DNA of 47,095 bases from an uncultured Clostridia bacterium (GTDB taxonomy: Bacteria; Bacillota; Clostridia; TANB77; CAG-508), in NCBI GenBank assembly GCA_944388665.1, contig CALXJQ010000003.1, forward strand, positions 1-47,095, given 5' to 3'. Position 1 is the first letter of the stretch. The number at the start of each line of letters is the position of its first letter. Under the pieces are notes generated by a model. It made no database searches. It was not told the DNA's origin and was given only the letters and a program-made list of their open reading frames with translations. Made by a program: the position numbers and the translations under genes. Below, piece by piece: positions 32,101 to 42,649 of this stretch.

Positions 32101-32842
32101 CTCCATCTAATTGGACCATTGGTCTTAAATCTGGTGGTATTACTGGAACAACTTGCATTATCATCCATTCTGGTCTATTTCCTGAAATTCTGAATGCTTC
32201 TACAGTGTCCCATCTTTTGATTAATTTTCCCTTTTTCTGTTCACTTGCATGTTGCAATTCTTTCTTTATTTCTGCAGATAATTTATCCAAATCAATCTCT
32301 TGTAGTAGTTCTCTTAATGCTTCTGCACCCATTTTTGCAACAAATGAACCTTTACCATATTTTTCTTCTGCCTCGTGATATTCTTTTTCATTTAATATTT
32401 GGCATTTTTCAAGATCTGTTGTGCCTTTGTCTATTACTATATATGACGCAAAATATATTACTCTTTCCAAGTTCCTTGGTGAAATATCTAGCATTAAAGC
32501 TATTCTGCTTGGAATTCCTTTAAAATACCAAATATGTGCTACTGGTGCAGCAAGCTCTATATGTCCCATTCTCTCACGTCTAACTTTAGATTTTGTGACT
32601 TCTACACCGCAACGATCACAGACTATTCCTTTATATCTAACTCTCTTATACTTACCACAATGGCACTCCCAGTCCTTTGTAGGTCCAAATATTCTCTCAC
32701 AGAACAAACCATCTTTTTCTGGTTTTAAAGTTCTGTAGTTAATTGTCTCTGGCTTTTTTACTTCTCCTTTTGACCACTCTCTAATCTTTTCATCTGATGC
32801 AATACCTATTTTTAATTTATTAAAAGTATTTAACTCATCCAC
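29180..32842 (-). CDS. rpoC: RNA polymerase beta-prime subunit
   Basis: [12 protein letters not shown] catalytic motif; zinc finger; [11 protein letters not shown]. Confidence 0.99.
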   Translation of the reverse strand: MDELNTFNKLKIGIASDEKIREWSKGEVKKPETINYRTLKPEKDGLFCERIFGPTKDWECHCGKYKRVRYKGIVCDRCGVEVTKSKVRRERMGHIELAAPVAHIWYFKGIPSRIALMLDISPRNLERVIYFASYIVIDKGTTDLEKCQILNEKEYHEAEEKYGKGSFVAKMGAEALRELLQEIDLDKLSAEIKKELQHASEQKKGKLIKRWDTVEAFRISGNRPEWMIMQVVPVIPPDLRPMVQLDGGRFATSDLNDLYRRVINRNNRLKRLLELGAPEIIVRNEKRMLQESVDALIDNGRRGRPVTGAGNRPLKSLSDMLKGKQGRFRQNLLGKRVDYSGRSVIVVGPELKIYQCGLPKEMAVELFKPFVMKELVARNIAQNIKSAKRMVERLKPEVWEVLEDVIKDHPVMLNRAPTLHRLGIQSFEPVLVEGRAIKLHPLVCEAFNADFDGDQMAVHLPLSLEAQAESRYLMLSTNNLLKPQDGKPVATPRLDMILGSYYLTMTLDGEKGEGKYFKDPDEAIMAFENHDVDIHAKIFVRITKEINGKEQSKKIETSVGRIIFNQGIPQDLGFIDRKKDPFQYEIDFPVMKKSMGTIIEKVIRTHGLTESAEVIDYIKALGFKYSTLAGITFSMDDVKVPDSKKEILAKADEKVENVRKQYLRGLITDDERYKAVIKIWEDTTQEVSDAMEANFDELNPIYMMVKSGARGNMNQLRQIAGMRGLMASTTGKAVEIPIKSSFAEGLDALEYFISAHGARKGLSDTALRTADSGYLTRRLVDVSQDIIVREHDCGTTEGIMVYDIKDGNQVIEKMQERLLGRFVTKDVYNPKTNKLIVDTNTMITEKIAEEIVDAGIEKLEVRSVLGCHSKHGVCQKCYGMGLARRDLVSIGEAIGIIAAQSIGEPGTQLTMRTIHSGGVAGVADITQGLPRVEELFEARKPKGVAIITEIAGKVKIKETKKKKEVVVTSKDDSKTYTIPFGSKMKVKDGDIVEAGDPLIEGSINPSDILAVKGPEGVYEYLISEVQKVYRNQGVDINDKHIEVIGRQMLKKVRIDDNGDTDMFPGSLIDMYEFADKNEEAVAQGKRPATGKRVLLGITKASLATDSFLSAASFQETTRVLTDAAIKGKTDDLVGLKENVIIGKLIPAGTGMKKYQEIQINTTMPTKTSTTEETENATVEENAKSEETPVQDTDRVESESAENLSTEESGKADESANTEKE

Positions 32843-32873
32843 TTATAGTATTCTCCCTTCACTTGAATTTTTC

Positions 32874-35800
32874 TTAATCTTCTTCGTCATTATCATTTTC
32901 TAAGTTGTCTTCTGCCAAGTCATTATCAAATAGCATACCGTCATCTTCATCATCTAAATCGTCAAATAATTCGTCTTTACCATCATCTAAGCTATCATCT
33001 TCGTCATCAGCATCATCTGATTCTTCTACATAGCCGTCGTCTAAATCTCCTTCTTCTATTACTTCATCTTCTGATAAGATTTTCTTGTCTTTTTCCGGAT
33101 CATATTCTATGCCATCATCTATATCTTCTTTTAGCTCAAGTTCTTTGTTGTCTTCAGTATATAGACGCACATCTAAGCCTAAAGACTGCAATTCTTTTAC
33201 TAAAACTTTGAAGCTTTCTGGAATTCCTGGCTCTGGAATATTTTCGCCTTTTACAATTGCCTCATAAGTTTTAACACGTCCTACAACATCATCTGATTTT
33301 ACTGTCAACATTTCTTGTAATGTATATGCTGCGCCATAAGCCTCTAATGCCCAAACTTCCATTTCTCCGAAACGTTGTCCACCAAATTGTGCTTTACCTC
33401 CAAGTGGTTGTTGAGTTACCAATGAGTATGGTCCAGTTGAACGAGCATGTATTTTGTCATCAACTAAGTGGTGTAGTTTTAACATATACATAACACCTAC
33501 TGTAATTGGCTTATCAAAAGGATCTCCTGTTCTTCCATCATAAAGAATTGTTTTTCCATCTTCGCTCATTCCTGCTTTTTTTAGTAACTCTTTTACATCT
33601 TCTTCATTTGCCCCATCAAATACTGGAGTAGAAACTTTCCATCCTAGAGCTTTTGCTGCGCCTCCTAAGTGAACTTCTAGTACTTGACCTAAGTTCATAC
33701 GTGAAGGAACACCTAGTGGGTTCAATAAAATATCAATTGGTGTACCATCTGGCATAAATGGCATATCTTCTTCTGGCAATACTCTTGAAATAACACCTTT
33801 ATTACCATGACGTCCAGACATTTTATCACCTACTGAAATTTTTCTTTTTGTTGCTATATAACATCTGATTATTTGATTTACACCTGGTCCTAATTCTTCT
33901 GAATTTTCTCTTGTGAATATTTTTACATCTACAATTGTTCCTGCTTCACCATGTGGTACTCTAAGTGATGTATCTCTTACTTCTCTTGCTTTTTCACCAA
34001 AGATAGCTCTAAGTAGCCTTTCTTCAGCTGTTAGCTCTGTTTCTCCCTTTGGAGTTACTTTTCCTACTAGTATATCTCCTGGGCGAACTTCTGCACCAAT
34101 TCTGATAATACCGTTTTCATCCAAGTCTTTTAACGAATCATCGCCGATATTTGGTATATCTCTAGTTATTTCTTCAGGTCCCAATTTTGTATCACGACAT
34201 TCACAATCATATTCTTCTATATGTATTGATGTGAATACATCTTCTTTTACTAATCTTTCATTTATTAAAATAGCATCCTCATAGTTATATCCTTCCCAAG
34301 TTGAAAATGCTACTAATACGTTTTTACCTAATGCCATTTCTCCATTGCTTGTTGAAGGTCCATCAGCTATTGCATCGCCTTTTTTTACTATTTCACCCTT
34401 TTTAACAATTGGTCTTTGATTTATACAAGTTCCACCATTTGTTCTTTTAAATTTACAAAGTTTATGAACAACTGTCTTACCATTTTTATATTTCATTGTA
34501 ATGCTATCGCCTGTTACTTTTTCGACTGTTCCATCATCTTCGGCCAAAACTAATATTCCTGAATCCTTAGCTGCTCTATACTCAATTCCTGTTCCTACAA
34601 TTGGGCTTTCTGTTATCATAAGTGGAACAGCTTGACGTTGCATGTTTGCACCCATTAGGGCTCTTTTTGCATCATCATGCTCCAAGAATGGAATCATTGC
34701 CGCAGCTATAGAAACTAATTGTTTTGGTGAAACATCAACATATTGCACTCTGTCTCTATCTACTTCAATTATATCATTTCTATATCTAACTCTAATTCTC
34801 TTATTTACGAATCTTCCCTCTTCATCAACTGGCTCTGCAGCTTGAGCTATTATGTAATTATCTTCTACATCCGCACTCATATATTCTACAATGTCAGTTA
34901 ATTTATGTGTTTCTGGGTCTACTTTACGATATGGAGTTTCAATAAATCCATACTCATTGATTTTTGCAAATGATGAAAGTGCAGAAATTAGTCCTATATT
35001 TGGGCCTTCTGGTGATTCTATTGGGCATAACCTTCCATAGTGAGTATAGTGAACATCACGAACCTCAAATCCTGCTCTCTCTCTTGTTAATCCTCCTGGT
35101 CCAAGTGCAGAAATTCTTCTTTTATGTGTTAACTCTGACAATGGGTTTGTTTGATCCATGAATTGTGACAATTGTGAACTTCCAAAGAATTCACGAATTG
35201 CAGATGTAATAGGCTTTGTATTTATTAGAGTTTGTGGTGTTACTACATCTAAGTCTTGTATTGTCATTCTTTCACGTACGACTCTTTCTAGCCTCGTTAA
35301 CCCAATTCTGAATTGATTTTGCAACAATTCGCCTACGCAACGAATTCTACGGTTTGCTAAGTGGTCTATATCGTCTGTCTTTCCAACATTATGTGAAAGA
35401 TTTAGTAAATAGCTTACAGAAGCAATCATGTCCTCAGTTGTAATATGTTTTGGTACTAACTCATTATGCCTTTCTTTTAATACTTTTAGTAAATCTTTTT
35501 TATCTGTATGATCTATTATATCTTTTAAGACATTGTAGTTTACAAATTCTTTAAAATTCAATTCTGAAAGATCAACGTCTGGTAACACTTTGTGTATATC
35601 TACTGTGCCATTTCCGATTACTTTTACTTTTCTATCATTTACCATAATCTCTACAGTATTTATTCCTGAATTTTGAATATTTTCTGCTACTTCTGGAGTA
35701 ATAGTTTCACCTGCTTGTACAAATACTTCTCCTGTCTCACCATCTACAATATCACTTGCAGCTACCTGATTTTTAATTCTAGCAGATAAAGCTAATTTTT

Positions 35801-36632
35801 GGTTAAATTTATATCTTCCGACTTTTGCCAAATCATATCTTCTATTATCAAAAAACAAGCCATTAAACAAATTTTTGGCAGCATCTGCAGTTGGCAATTC
35901 TCCTGGTCTTAATTTTTTATAAATTTCTATTAAAGCCTCATCCTGATCTTTAATTGGGTCTTTTGCAATTGTAGCATTTATTAGCTCCTCATCACCAAAT
36001 AACTCTTTTATTTGATTATCAGTTATTACACCAATAGCCCTCAACAATGTAGTTACAGGAACTTTTCTTGTTCTATCAACACGAACCCAGAAAATATCAT
36101 TTCCATCTGTTTCATATTCAAGCCAAGCACCACGAAGTGGCATTACTGTTGATGTGTAAGTCTTTTTTCCAGTTTTTGTATCAAATTCTTCTGCATAGTA
36201 GCATCCAGGTGAACGAACTAACTGGCTTACAACAACCCTTTCCGCACCATTTATTATGAATGTACCACTATCAGTCATCAATGGAAAATCTCCCAAATAA
36301 ATCTCTTGCTCTTTAATTTCTCCTGTTTCACGGTTAATCAACCTAACTTTTACATGTAACCTTGTTGAATAAGTAGCATCTCTTTCCTTAGCTTCTTCTA
36401 AGGTATATTTAGTTTTGTCCTCCATGTAGTAATCGAAAAATTCAAGAACTAAATTTCCAGAATAATCTTCAATTGGCGAAATATCTCTTAAAACTTCTCC
36501 TAATCCCTCTTTTACGAACCAATCATAAGAATCCTTCTGTACTTGAATCAAATTTGGCATCTCAATATAGTCGCCAACCTTTGCGAAATCTTTACGAGAA
36601 GCTTTCTCGTACTTAACTTCTTTAATTTTCAA
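32874..36632 (-). CDS. rpoB: RNA polymerase beta subunit
   Basis: [44 protein letters not shown]; TTG start after AAAGGAG. Confidence 0.99.
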   Translation of the reverse strand: MKIKEVKYEKASRKDFAKVGDYIEMPNLIQVQKDSYDWFVKEGLGEVLRDISPIEDYSGNLVLEFFDYYMEDKTKYTLEEAKERDATYSTRLHVKVRLINRETGEIKEQEIYLGDFPLMTDSGTFIINGAERVVVSQLVRSPGCYYAEEFDTKTGKKTYTSTVMPLRGAWLEYETDGNDIFWVRVDRTRKVPVTTLLRAIGVITDNQIKELFGDEELINATIAKDPIKDQDEALIEIYKKLRPGELPTADAAKNLFNGLFFDNRRYDLAKVGRYKFNQKLALSARIKNQVAASDIVDGETGEVFVQAGETITPEVAENIQNSGINTVEIMVNDRKVKVIGNGTVDIHKVLPDVDLSELNFKEFVNYNVLKDIIDHTDKKDLLKVLKERHNELVPKHITTEDMIASVSYLLNLSHNVGKTDDIDHLANRRIRCVGELLQNQFRIGLTRLERVVRERMTIQDLDVVTPQTLINTKPITSAIREFFGSSQLSQFMDQTNPLSELTHKRRISALGPGGLTRERAGFEVRDVHYTHYGRLCPIESPEGPNIGLISALSSFAKINEYGFIETPYRKVDPETHKLTDIVEYMSADVEDNYIIAQAAEPVDEEGRFVNKRIRVRYRNDIIEVDRDRVQYVDVSPKQLVSIAAAMIPFLEHDDAKRALMGANMQRQAVPLMITESPIVGTGIEYRAAKDSGILVLAEDDGTVEKVTGDSITMKYKNGKTVVHKLCKFKRTNGGTCINQRPIVKKGEIVKKGDAIADGPSTSNGEMALGKNVLVAFSTWEGYNYEDAILINERLVKEDVFTSIHIEEYDCECRDTKLGPEEITRDIPNIGDDSLKDLDENGIIRIGAEVRPGDILVGKVTPKGETELTAEERLLRAIFGEKAREVRDTSLRVPHGEAGTIVDVKIFTRENSEELGPGVNQIIRCYIATKRKISVGDKMSGRHGNKGVISRVLPEEDMPFMPDGTPIDILLNPLGVPSRMNLGQVLEVHLGGAAKALGWKVSTPVFDGANEEDVKELLKKAGMSEDGKTILYDGRTGDPFDKPITVGVMYMLKLHHLVDDKIHARSTGPYSLVTQQPLGGKAQFGGQRFGEMEVWALEAYGAAYTLQEMLTVKSDDVVGRVKTYEAIVKGENIPEPGIPESFKVLVKELQSLGLDVRLYTEDNKELELKEDIDDGIEYDPEKDKKILSEDEVIEEGDLDDGYVEESDDADDEDDSLDDGKDELFDDLDDEDDGMLFDNDLAEDNLENDNDEED

Positions 36633-36842
36633 AAAAAACCACTCCTTTAAAAAAATTAAGCAGATTTGAAATATAAAAAAACAATTGTTAAAAGAAGTCC
36701 TTCTTGTCTACAATTCATCAACTACTTACATCAGCCTACCTGCTCCTGTATGCCAATATCCGTAGCAACTCCTCATATCCAATTCCTCTTCTTTTACTTT
36801 TACTTTTGAATATAAGTTTTAATTTGCATAAAAATATATAAT

Positions 36843-36872
36843 ATAATATCACACTTGTCCTAATAAAGTCAA
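36843..36872 (-). promoter_or_regulatory. Probable sigma-A promoter of rpoBC
   Basis: TTGACT-18 bp-TATTAT with a TGn extension. Confidence 0.55.
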
Positions 36873-36893
36873 GTATTTTTCAAAAATTTTTTT

Positions 36894-36926
36894 AGGTGTT
36901 TTTGGGGACGGAGGAAAAAAACATCT
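36894..36926. repeat. REP-like class B
   Basis: AGGTGTTTTTGGGGACGGAGGAAAAAAACATCT. Confidence 0.95.
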
Positions 36927-37188
36927 TGAATTCTCGGTTCATTATCCTCATCAAGAACTTCTAAATCAATTTTGTGGCTCCCTTCCAAAAACAAGTTTTT
37001 GAACTCTTTCCACAAAATTGATAAAGAAGTTCTAAGTGAGTCTAATTCACATTCGAACATATTCCTAAAATAATTACATATATCATCAATAAAATTCTTA
37101 TAAATAGAAAAAACGGTGAGCTTTAAAGAACATTTCAAAAGTTTATTTTTTATTAATAATAGCAAAGATAATATGATAAATAATTTTT

Positions 37189-37215
37189 GAACTTTAAAGA
37201 ACGTCCCCAAAGTTC
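37189..37215. repeat. REP-like class A
   Basis: GAACTTTAAAGAACGTCCCCAAAGTTC. Confidence 0.93.
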
Positions 37216-37264
37216 ACTAAAAAAATATGCTCTAAATGCTGAAAAATAAAGGAAAAATGAAGAT

Positions 37265-37291
37265 GAACTTTAAGGAACGTCCCTAAAGTTC
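37265..37291. repeat. REP-like class A overlapping the stop codon of the AI-2E gene
   Basis: GAACTTTAAGGAACGTCCCTAAAGTTC. Confidence 0.93.
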
Positions 37292-38411
37292 ATTTTTTTG
37301 AAAGTTTATATTCAACGTAATCTTCGACTAGTATTTTTATAACTGCAATTGCTGGAACTGCCAAAAACATGCCAAGTATGCCAAAGTATGCACCGCCAAC
37401 TGTTACAGCAAAGATTACTAATAGTGGGCTTATTTTTAATGATTGGCCAATTATTTTTGGATTGATTATGTTTGCATCTATTTGTTGCAAAATTATTACT
37501 ACAATAATCATCCAAATTGTTTTGCTTAATCCACCTGTAATTAATGTGATAATTGCAGCTATTACGCACGCTATAATTGCGCCGAAATATGGAATCATGT
37601 TAAATATTCCTATTAAAAATCCTAGTAATGGAGCATATTTAACTTGCATTATTGTCAATGCGATTGTTACCAAAATGCCTACTATTACTGCATCTAAAAA
37701 CTGACTAGCTATAAATTTGAAAAATATTTCATTTGAATTGTCAAAGTACTTGTCTAAATTTTTATATGTTCTTTCTTTGAAAAGTGCCTCTGACAATCTT
37801 TTTAAGAATCTTATTATTTTTGATCTTTCTGCTAATATGTATACAGAAACAACAACTGCAACAAATATATCAAATAGACTTGTAACAGCTGATATTGCAT
37901 TTTCAATATATGACAATACCTTATCTACTTGGAAATATTGCTTAATATCTATCCCCTGTATGCTTTTTATGGCATCATTGACTATGTCTCCTTTTAGCCA
38001 AGAATTTTCTGGTAAATCGTTATATTTTTGTATTGCTAGTTCAAAATAGTGTTGAATGTTATTAACTAGGTCTGTTATACTTTCAGCCACAACAGGTATG
38101 ATAAAGTTCATCAAAATTAGTATTATTAAAAATATTATTAAATAAACAGCAAAAATTCCAAGGGCCCTAGCTCTTTTTGAGATAAATTTTAATTTACATT
38201 TTTTGAAGGCTCCTTCAAATTTTCTACATGGCAAATATAGCAAATATGCTATAAACACTCCTGAAAAGAATGGTGCCATTATTTCAAAGAACTTAGTCAC
38301 CACGTTTTTCACACCACTAAAGTCCCCTAGTGCTTTATATACAACTATTACAGCTACAGCTAGTACAAACCAATATAGCCACTTTTTCCAATGACTTTTT
38401 ATTTCACTCAT
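37290..38411 (-). CDS. AI-2E family (PerM-like) transporter
   Basis: Multiple transmembrane helices; NMIPYFGA, QQIDANIINPKIIG, GILGMFLAVP. Confidence 0.92.
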   Translation of the reverse strand: MSEIKSHWKKWLYWFVLAVAVIVVYKALGDFSGVKNVVTKFFEIMAPFFSGVFIAYLLYLPCRKFEGAFKKCKLKFISKRARALGIFAVYLIIFLIILILMNFIIPVVAESITDLVNNIQHYFELAIQKYNDLPENSWLKGDIVNDAIKSIQGIDIKQYFQVDKVLSYIENAISAVTSLFDIFVAVVVSVYILAERSKIIRFLKRLSEALFKERTYKNLDKYFDNSNEIFFKFIASQFLDAVIVGILVTIALTIMQVKYAPLLGFLIGIFNMIPYFGAIIACVIAAIITLITGGLSKTIWMIIVVIILQQIDANIINPKIIGQSLKISPLLVIFAVTVGGAYFGILGMFLAVPAIAVIKILVEDYVEYKLSKK

Positions 38412-38424
38412 CAGATTTCCCCCT

Positions 38425-39180
38425 TTACAAAGAAATTTCTAATCCGATTGGGCAATGGTCGCTTCCCATAATTTCTGGATAAATTTCAGCATTCTGTATT
38501 TTATTTGCAATATCTTTTGAAACTATAAAGTAGTCAATTCTCCACCCTATATTTTTTTCTCTAGCTCGTCCCATGTAAGACCACCAACTATATGCATCTA
38601 CTTTATCTGGATATAGGTATCTAAATGAATCTACAAAGCCTGCATTTAACAATTCTGTCATTTTTTCTCTTTCTTCATCTGTAAAACCTGCATTTCCTCT
38701 ATTTGATTTTGGATTTTTTAGGTCAATCTCTTCATGTGCAACATTCAAATCTCCACACATTATGACAGGCTTTGTTTTATTCAGCTGCAATAAATATTTT
38801 CTTATTTCATCTTCCCACACTTGCCTATATGCTAGTCGCTCTAATTCCCTTTTAGAATTTGGAGTATATATATTTACCATATAAAATTTCTCAAATTCAA
38901 GCGTTATAACTCTTCCTTCTTTGTCATGCTCAGGGATTCCAATTCCATAGCTAATGGCATTTGGCTTTTCTTTACTAAAAATAGCAGTACCTGAATATCC
39001 TTTTTTCTCAGCACTGTTCCAATAACTTTGGTATCCCTCAAAATTCAATTCAATTTGCCCAGGCTGACACTTAGTTTCTTGTATACAAAAAATATCTGCA
39101 TCAGCACTTTTAAAAAAATCACTAAAGCCTTTATTAACACATGCTCTTATTCCATTTACATTCCAAGATATTAACTTCAA
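38425..39180 (-). CDS. exoA: Exodeoxyribonuclease III / AP endonuclease (ExoA/Xth)
   Basis: KLISWNVNGIRA, QETK, GDLNVAH, WRIDY, SDHCP; TTG start at 39180 after AGGAG. Confidence 0.96.
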   Translation of the reverse strand: MKLISWNVNGIRACVNKGFSDFFKSADADIFCIQETKCQPGQIELNFEGYQSYWNSAEKKGYSGTAIFSKEKPNAISYGIGIPEHDKEGRVITLEFEKFYMVNIYTPNSKRELERLAYRQVWEDEIRKYLLQLNKTKPVIMCGDLNVAHEEIDLKNPKSNRGNAGFTDEEREKMTELLNAGFVDSFRYLYPDKVDAYSWWSYMGRAREKNIGWRIDYFIVSKDIANKIQNAEIYPEIMGSDHCPIGLEISL

Positions 39181-39200
39181 TTTATTTTCTCTCCTTTTCT

Positions 39201-39300
39201 GAACTTTGGGGACGTTCCTTTTTGGCACAAAAAAGATGTTTTTTTCCTCCGTCCCCAAAAACACCCAAAAAATGAACTTTAAGGAACGTCCCTAAAGTTC
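39201..39300. repeat. REP cluster: A/C chimera (39201-39227), class B (39234-39264), class A (39274-39300)
   Basis: GAACTTTGGGGACGTTCCTTTTTGGCA; AGATGTTTTTTTCCTCCGTCCCCAAAAACAC; GAACTTTAAGGAACGTCCCTAAAGTTC. Confidence 0.93.
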
Positions 39301-39313
39301 ATTTGTGCACATT

Positions 39314-40261
39314 TTAGTTTACTACAGTAACTGGTAAATACCTTACGCCCCATTGTATTGCTTCTGTTTTTGAATTTACAAATATATCAAGTTTGTTGCC
39401 TTTTATTGCTCCACCTCTATCTTCAACTGTATAGATATGACCGCCTATATTTAATTTTGTTCCAAATGCAAATTGTGAAGATGCAGCAACTGTTCTGCCT
39501 TGAACTGGCTTTGTACCTGAAGCTGTTCTTCCTGTGCCTGAGCCTTCTGCTAAAGTGTATGCTGTTATTTTAAATACTGTACCTCCGGCATTTGCACTGG
39601 TATTTATACTACTAGTTAATGAACTTGATGTTCTAGGTAAACTCATTGACCTTGATGTTGCCTTTTTGCTAATTTGGACTATTTTATCAACAGGTTCTTG
39701 AACTATTTTTTCTGATAAAACAGTTCTTTCTATCTCTTGATTATTTTGATATTTTACTTTATATGTTATTTCTTTTAAGCCTTCTTTTCCTTCTTGTAGT
39801 ACCTTGCTTGTTGTATTTCCATCACTTGCCACTGAATTTTTTGTAATTGTTTCATAAGGTATAGCCTCTTGCTCTACAATTATTTTTTCCGTAATAGGTG
39901 CATAGTTTTCTAGCAATTGATCTAATGTAGTCTGTGTACCTTCCTCAGAAATTTTAGCTATTTGAACTTCATTATATGACTTGTCTGTTATTTTGATGCT
40001 TTGACCTGCTGTAACTTCAGCATCCAAGTCTGGTATTGTCTTTTGATTTTCGTCTAAAATTATATTATTTTCCTTCAAAATGTCTGACACCTTTGTTTTT
40101 GATGTCAAAGCTGTCATTTCATAACCATTTTCCAATGTTATTTTTACATCATTTAATTTTGTGTTTACTGCCATAACTCCTATTCCTGAAATAAGAATTA
40201 GGATAACACTAATGCATATTATTTTCATTATAGAAATCGAAGCTTTTTCTTCTTTTTTCAT
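39314..40261 (-). CDS. YabE-like cell-wall protein with G5 and 3D domains
   Basis: N-terminal transmembrane helix; G5-like IPYET...QEGKEG; 3D domain ITAYT, TASG, VEDRGGAIKGNKLDIF. Confidence 0.88.
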   Translation of the reverse strand: MKKEEKASISIMKIICISVILILISGIGVMAVNTKLNDVKITLENGYEMTALTSKTKVSDILKENNIILDENQKTIPDLDAEVTAGQSIKITDKSYNEVQIAKISEEGTQTTLDQLLENYAPITEKIIVEQEAIPYETITKNSVASDGNTTSKVLQEGKEGLKEITYKVKYQNNQEIERTVLSEKIVQEPVDKIVQISKKATSRSMSLPRTSSSLTSSINTSANAGGTVFKITAYTLAEGSGTGRTASGTKPVQGRTVAASSQFAFGTKLNIGGHIYTVEDRGGAIKGNKLDIFVNSKTEAIQWGVRYLPVTVVN

Positions 40262-40297
40262 AATAAATTTATTACCTCCTTTTTTGGCAACAATTAA

Positions 40298-40326
40298 ATT
40301 ATACTATTTTTTTCTTTTCTTGTCAA
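40298..40326 (-). promoter_or_regulatory. Consensus sigma-A promoter of the G5/3D gene
   Basis: TTGACA-17 bp-TATAAT on the minus strand. Confidence 0.85.
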
Positions 40327-40609
40327 ATTTATGAAAATCCTTATATTATAGTATATGCATAATTTTTCCAGATATAACCATTTTGATGAACTTGTCTCAT
40401 TTCAACACATATAGTTATTTTTTAATAATTTTTTTTTAAATATTACATATTTTTCACAAATTCTACACAAAATTGTTGTATAAGTTTAATTAATATGTTA
40501 TTATCTAATCGTATATAATATATATAAAAAATATTTAGTTGCTTGCTACAGCATTGTGTTTTTTACACTTGCTGGGCGTACTTACAGCAACGGAAATGGA
40601 GGTTTATAT

Positions 40610-41161
40610 ATGGGTTGGATTATACTTGCAATTGTTGTAATTGTTGTTATTGCTGTCATTGCAATGTACAATAGTTTAGTTCAAAGTAAAATTAAAGTTG
40701 ACAATGCATGGAGCCAAATTGATGTTCAATTGCAAAGAAGATTTGATTTGATTCCTAACTTCGTAGAAACTGTTAAAGGTTATATGACACATGAAAAATC
40801 AACATTTGAAAAAATTGCAGAACTTAGAACTTCATGGGCTAACAGCCAAACTGTAGCAGAAAAAGCTTCTATTGATAATCAATTATCAGATGCTTTAAAA
40901 ACAATTATGGCTGTATCTGAAGGTTATCCTGAGTTAAAAGCTAATCAAAACTTTTCAGAGCTATCTGAAGAATTAAGAAATACAGAAAATAAAATTTCTT
41001 TTGCTAGACAATTTTACAATGATACTGTAACTGCTTACAACACAAAATTAGAAGTATTTCCTTCTAACATAATTGCTGGAATTTTTAAATTTAAACCACG
41101 TGATTTGTTTGAAGCAGAAAATGACGAAGCTAGAAAAAATGTAAAAGTAAATTTTAATTAG
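40610..41161 (+). CDS. lemA: LemA family protein
   Basis: YNSLV, AWSQIDVQLQRRFDLIPN, YPELKAN, FPSNIIA; ATG 40610 after GGAGG. Confidence 0.95.
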   Translation: MGWIILAIVVIVVIAVIAMYNSLVQSKIKVDNAWSQIDVQLQRRFDLIPNFVETVKGYMTHEKSTFEKIAELRTSWANSQTVAEKASIDNQLSDALKTIMAVSEGYPELKANQNFSELSEELRNTENKISFARQFYNDTVTAYNTKLEVFPSNIIAGIFKFKPRDLFEAENDEARKNVKVNFN

Positions 41162-41175
41162 AGATTGGAGTAAAA

Positions 41176-42081
41176 ATGTTTAAAAGTATCAAGAAAAACA
41201 AAATAGAGTCTGGCGTTATTGTTGGAATTTTTATTCTTGTCATCACATTAATCGTATATTTTATATGTAATGCATTAAATTTAGGATATCTTTCAATAGT
41301 AATTGCTTTAATAATCTCTATAGCATCAGCTTGGGGCTCTTACTATTATAGTGACAGAATTGTTCTTTCTATGAGCAATGCCAGACCTGCTACTAAAGAA
41401 GAGGATCAAAAATTAGTAAATATTTTAGACGCTTTGATGCTAGCTGCCGGCTTACCATCAAAGCCTAGATTATACGTTGTAGATGACCCTCAGCCTAATG
41501 CTTTTGCTACTGGAAGGAATCCTCAAAATGCTGTAATATGCGTCACAACTGGCTTACTTGAAAAACTAGATTATTACGAGCTTGAAGGAGTTATTGCACA
41601 TGAAATGAGCCACATTAGAAACTATGATATTTTGCTTAGTTGTGTAGTGTCTGTGATGGTCGGTTTTATAGTAATGTTAGCAGACATGTTTTCTAGGCTA
41701 CTTTTCTGGGGTGGACTAAGTGACAATGATAATGACCGTGGCAATGGAAATGTTATTTTAATGTTAATAGGTCTAGTTTGTTTGATTCTTTCTCCGATAT
41801 TTGGTACACTTATGCAACTTGCACTTTCAAGGAAAAGAGAATTTTTAGCTGACAGCACTGCCGTAGAATTTACCCGTAATCCAGAGGGACTAATTTCAGC
41901 ATTAGAAAAGCTCGAGGCAGACCCTAATCAATTGGCTACCGCTAACAGCGCTACAGCCAACATGTACATCGTCAGTCCATTCAAAAGCAACACCAAAGAA
42001 GGTAAGAAAAAGCGTTCCAGCATCTGGTCTACGCACCCAAGCACCGAAGCCAGAATTGAAGCTTTACGAAAACTAGAATGA
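41176..42081 (+). CDS. htpX: Zinc metalloprotease HtpX (M48)
   Basis: PNAFATGRNP, HEMSH, SRKREFLAD, STHP; follows lemA. Confidence 0.95.
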   Translation: MFKSIKKNKIESGVIVGIFILVITLIVYFICNALNLGYLSIVIALIISIASAWGSYYYSDRIVLSMSNARPATKEEDQKLVNILDALMLAAGLPSKPRLYVVDDPQPNAFATGRNPQNAVICVTTGLLEKLDYYELEGVIAHEMSHIRNYDILLSCVVSVMVGFIVMLADMFSRLLFWGGLSDNDNDRGNGNVILMLIGLVCLILSPIFGTLMQLALSRKREFLADSTAVEFTRNPEGLISALEKLEADPNQLATANSATANMYIVSPFKSNTKEGKKKRSSIWSTHPSTEARIEALRKLE

Positions 42082-42175
42082 ACTTGATGTTTGAGGGATG
42101 TTTTTGGGGACGGTGTTTTTGGGGACGGAGGAAAAAAACATCTTTGTTGCCATCAGGGACGTACCTTTTTGGCAA
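42079..42175. repeat. REP cluster: class A stub, duplicated partial B, class B (42112-42142), class C (42147-42175)
   Basis: TGAACTT; GATGTTTTTGGGGAC; GGTGTTTTTGGGGACGGAGGAAAAAAACATC; TTGCCATCAGGGACGTACCTTTTTGGCAA. Confidence 0.93.
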
Positions 42176-42203
42176 TTTTTGTATTGATGGGAAGTTATGA
42201 AAA

Positions 42204-42590
42204 ATGAAGATACTTTGTGGAACAGATATTATTGAAATCAATCGTGTAAAAGATAGCATTAAGCAAGTAGGCGATAGATTTTTGCAAAAAGTGTACACTA
42301 AAAATGAAATTGAATATTGCGAAAGTAAAAAAGTCCAGAAATATCAGCACTATGCTGCTAGATTCGCCGCAAAAGAAGCAACGTTCAAGGCTATTTCTGG
42401 GCTAATTTCTAAATATGATATTTCTTGGAATGATATAGAAGTACTGAATGATGAAAATGGCAGACCTTACTTAAATTTGCTTGGGAAGGCAAAGGGAAAA
42501 ATTATACCTAAAATTAATAGTATAGATATTACAATTTCTCACTGCAAAGAATATGCTGTTGCAAATGTAGTGATATTATTAAATGACTAG
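42204..42590 (+). CDS. acpS: Holo-ACP synthase
   Basis: GTDIIEINR, AARFAAKEA, GRP, ITISH. Confidence 0.95.
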   Translation: MKILCGTDIIEINRVKDSIKQVGDRFLQKVYTKNEIEYCESKKVQKYQHYAARFAAKEATFKAISGLISKYDISWNDIEVLNDENGRPYLNLLGKAKGKIIPKINSIDITISHCKEYAVANVVILLND

Positions 42591-42649
42591 CATTAGTTTT
42601 AGTGCTAATAGTATAGTGCAATAATATTATTTATTTTGGAGGCGGAAAA

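Noticed and set aside
32874-33130. Acidic C-terminal tails of RpoB and RpoC
   Set aside because: Low-complexity acidic tails are common in clostridial RNA polymerase subunits; no sign of an insertion element or intein
36687-36810. T-box or SRP RNA upstream of rpoB
   Set aside because: No GGTGGNACC T-box sequence and no SRP GGAA tetraloop motif
39181-39264. N-terminal extension of exoA in the ORF track
   Set aside because: Translation of REP sequence; a TTG start with an AGGAG RBS matches the normal ExoA N-terminus
42588-42609. CIRCE-like TAGCA...TGCTAA
   Set aside because: Does not fit TTAGCACTC-N9-GAGTGCTAA in sequence or spacing; a simple hairpin after acpS
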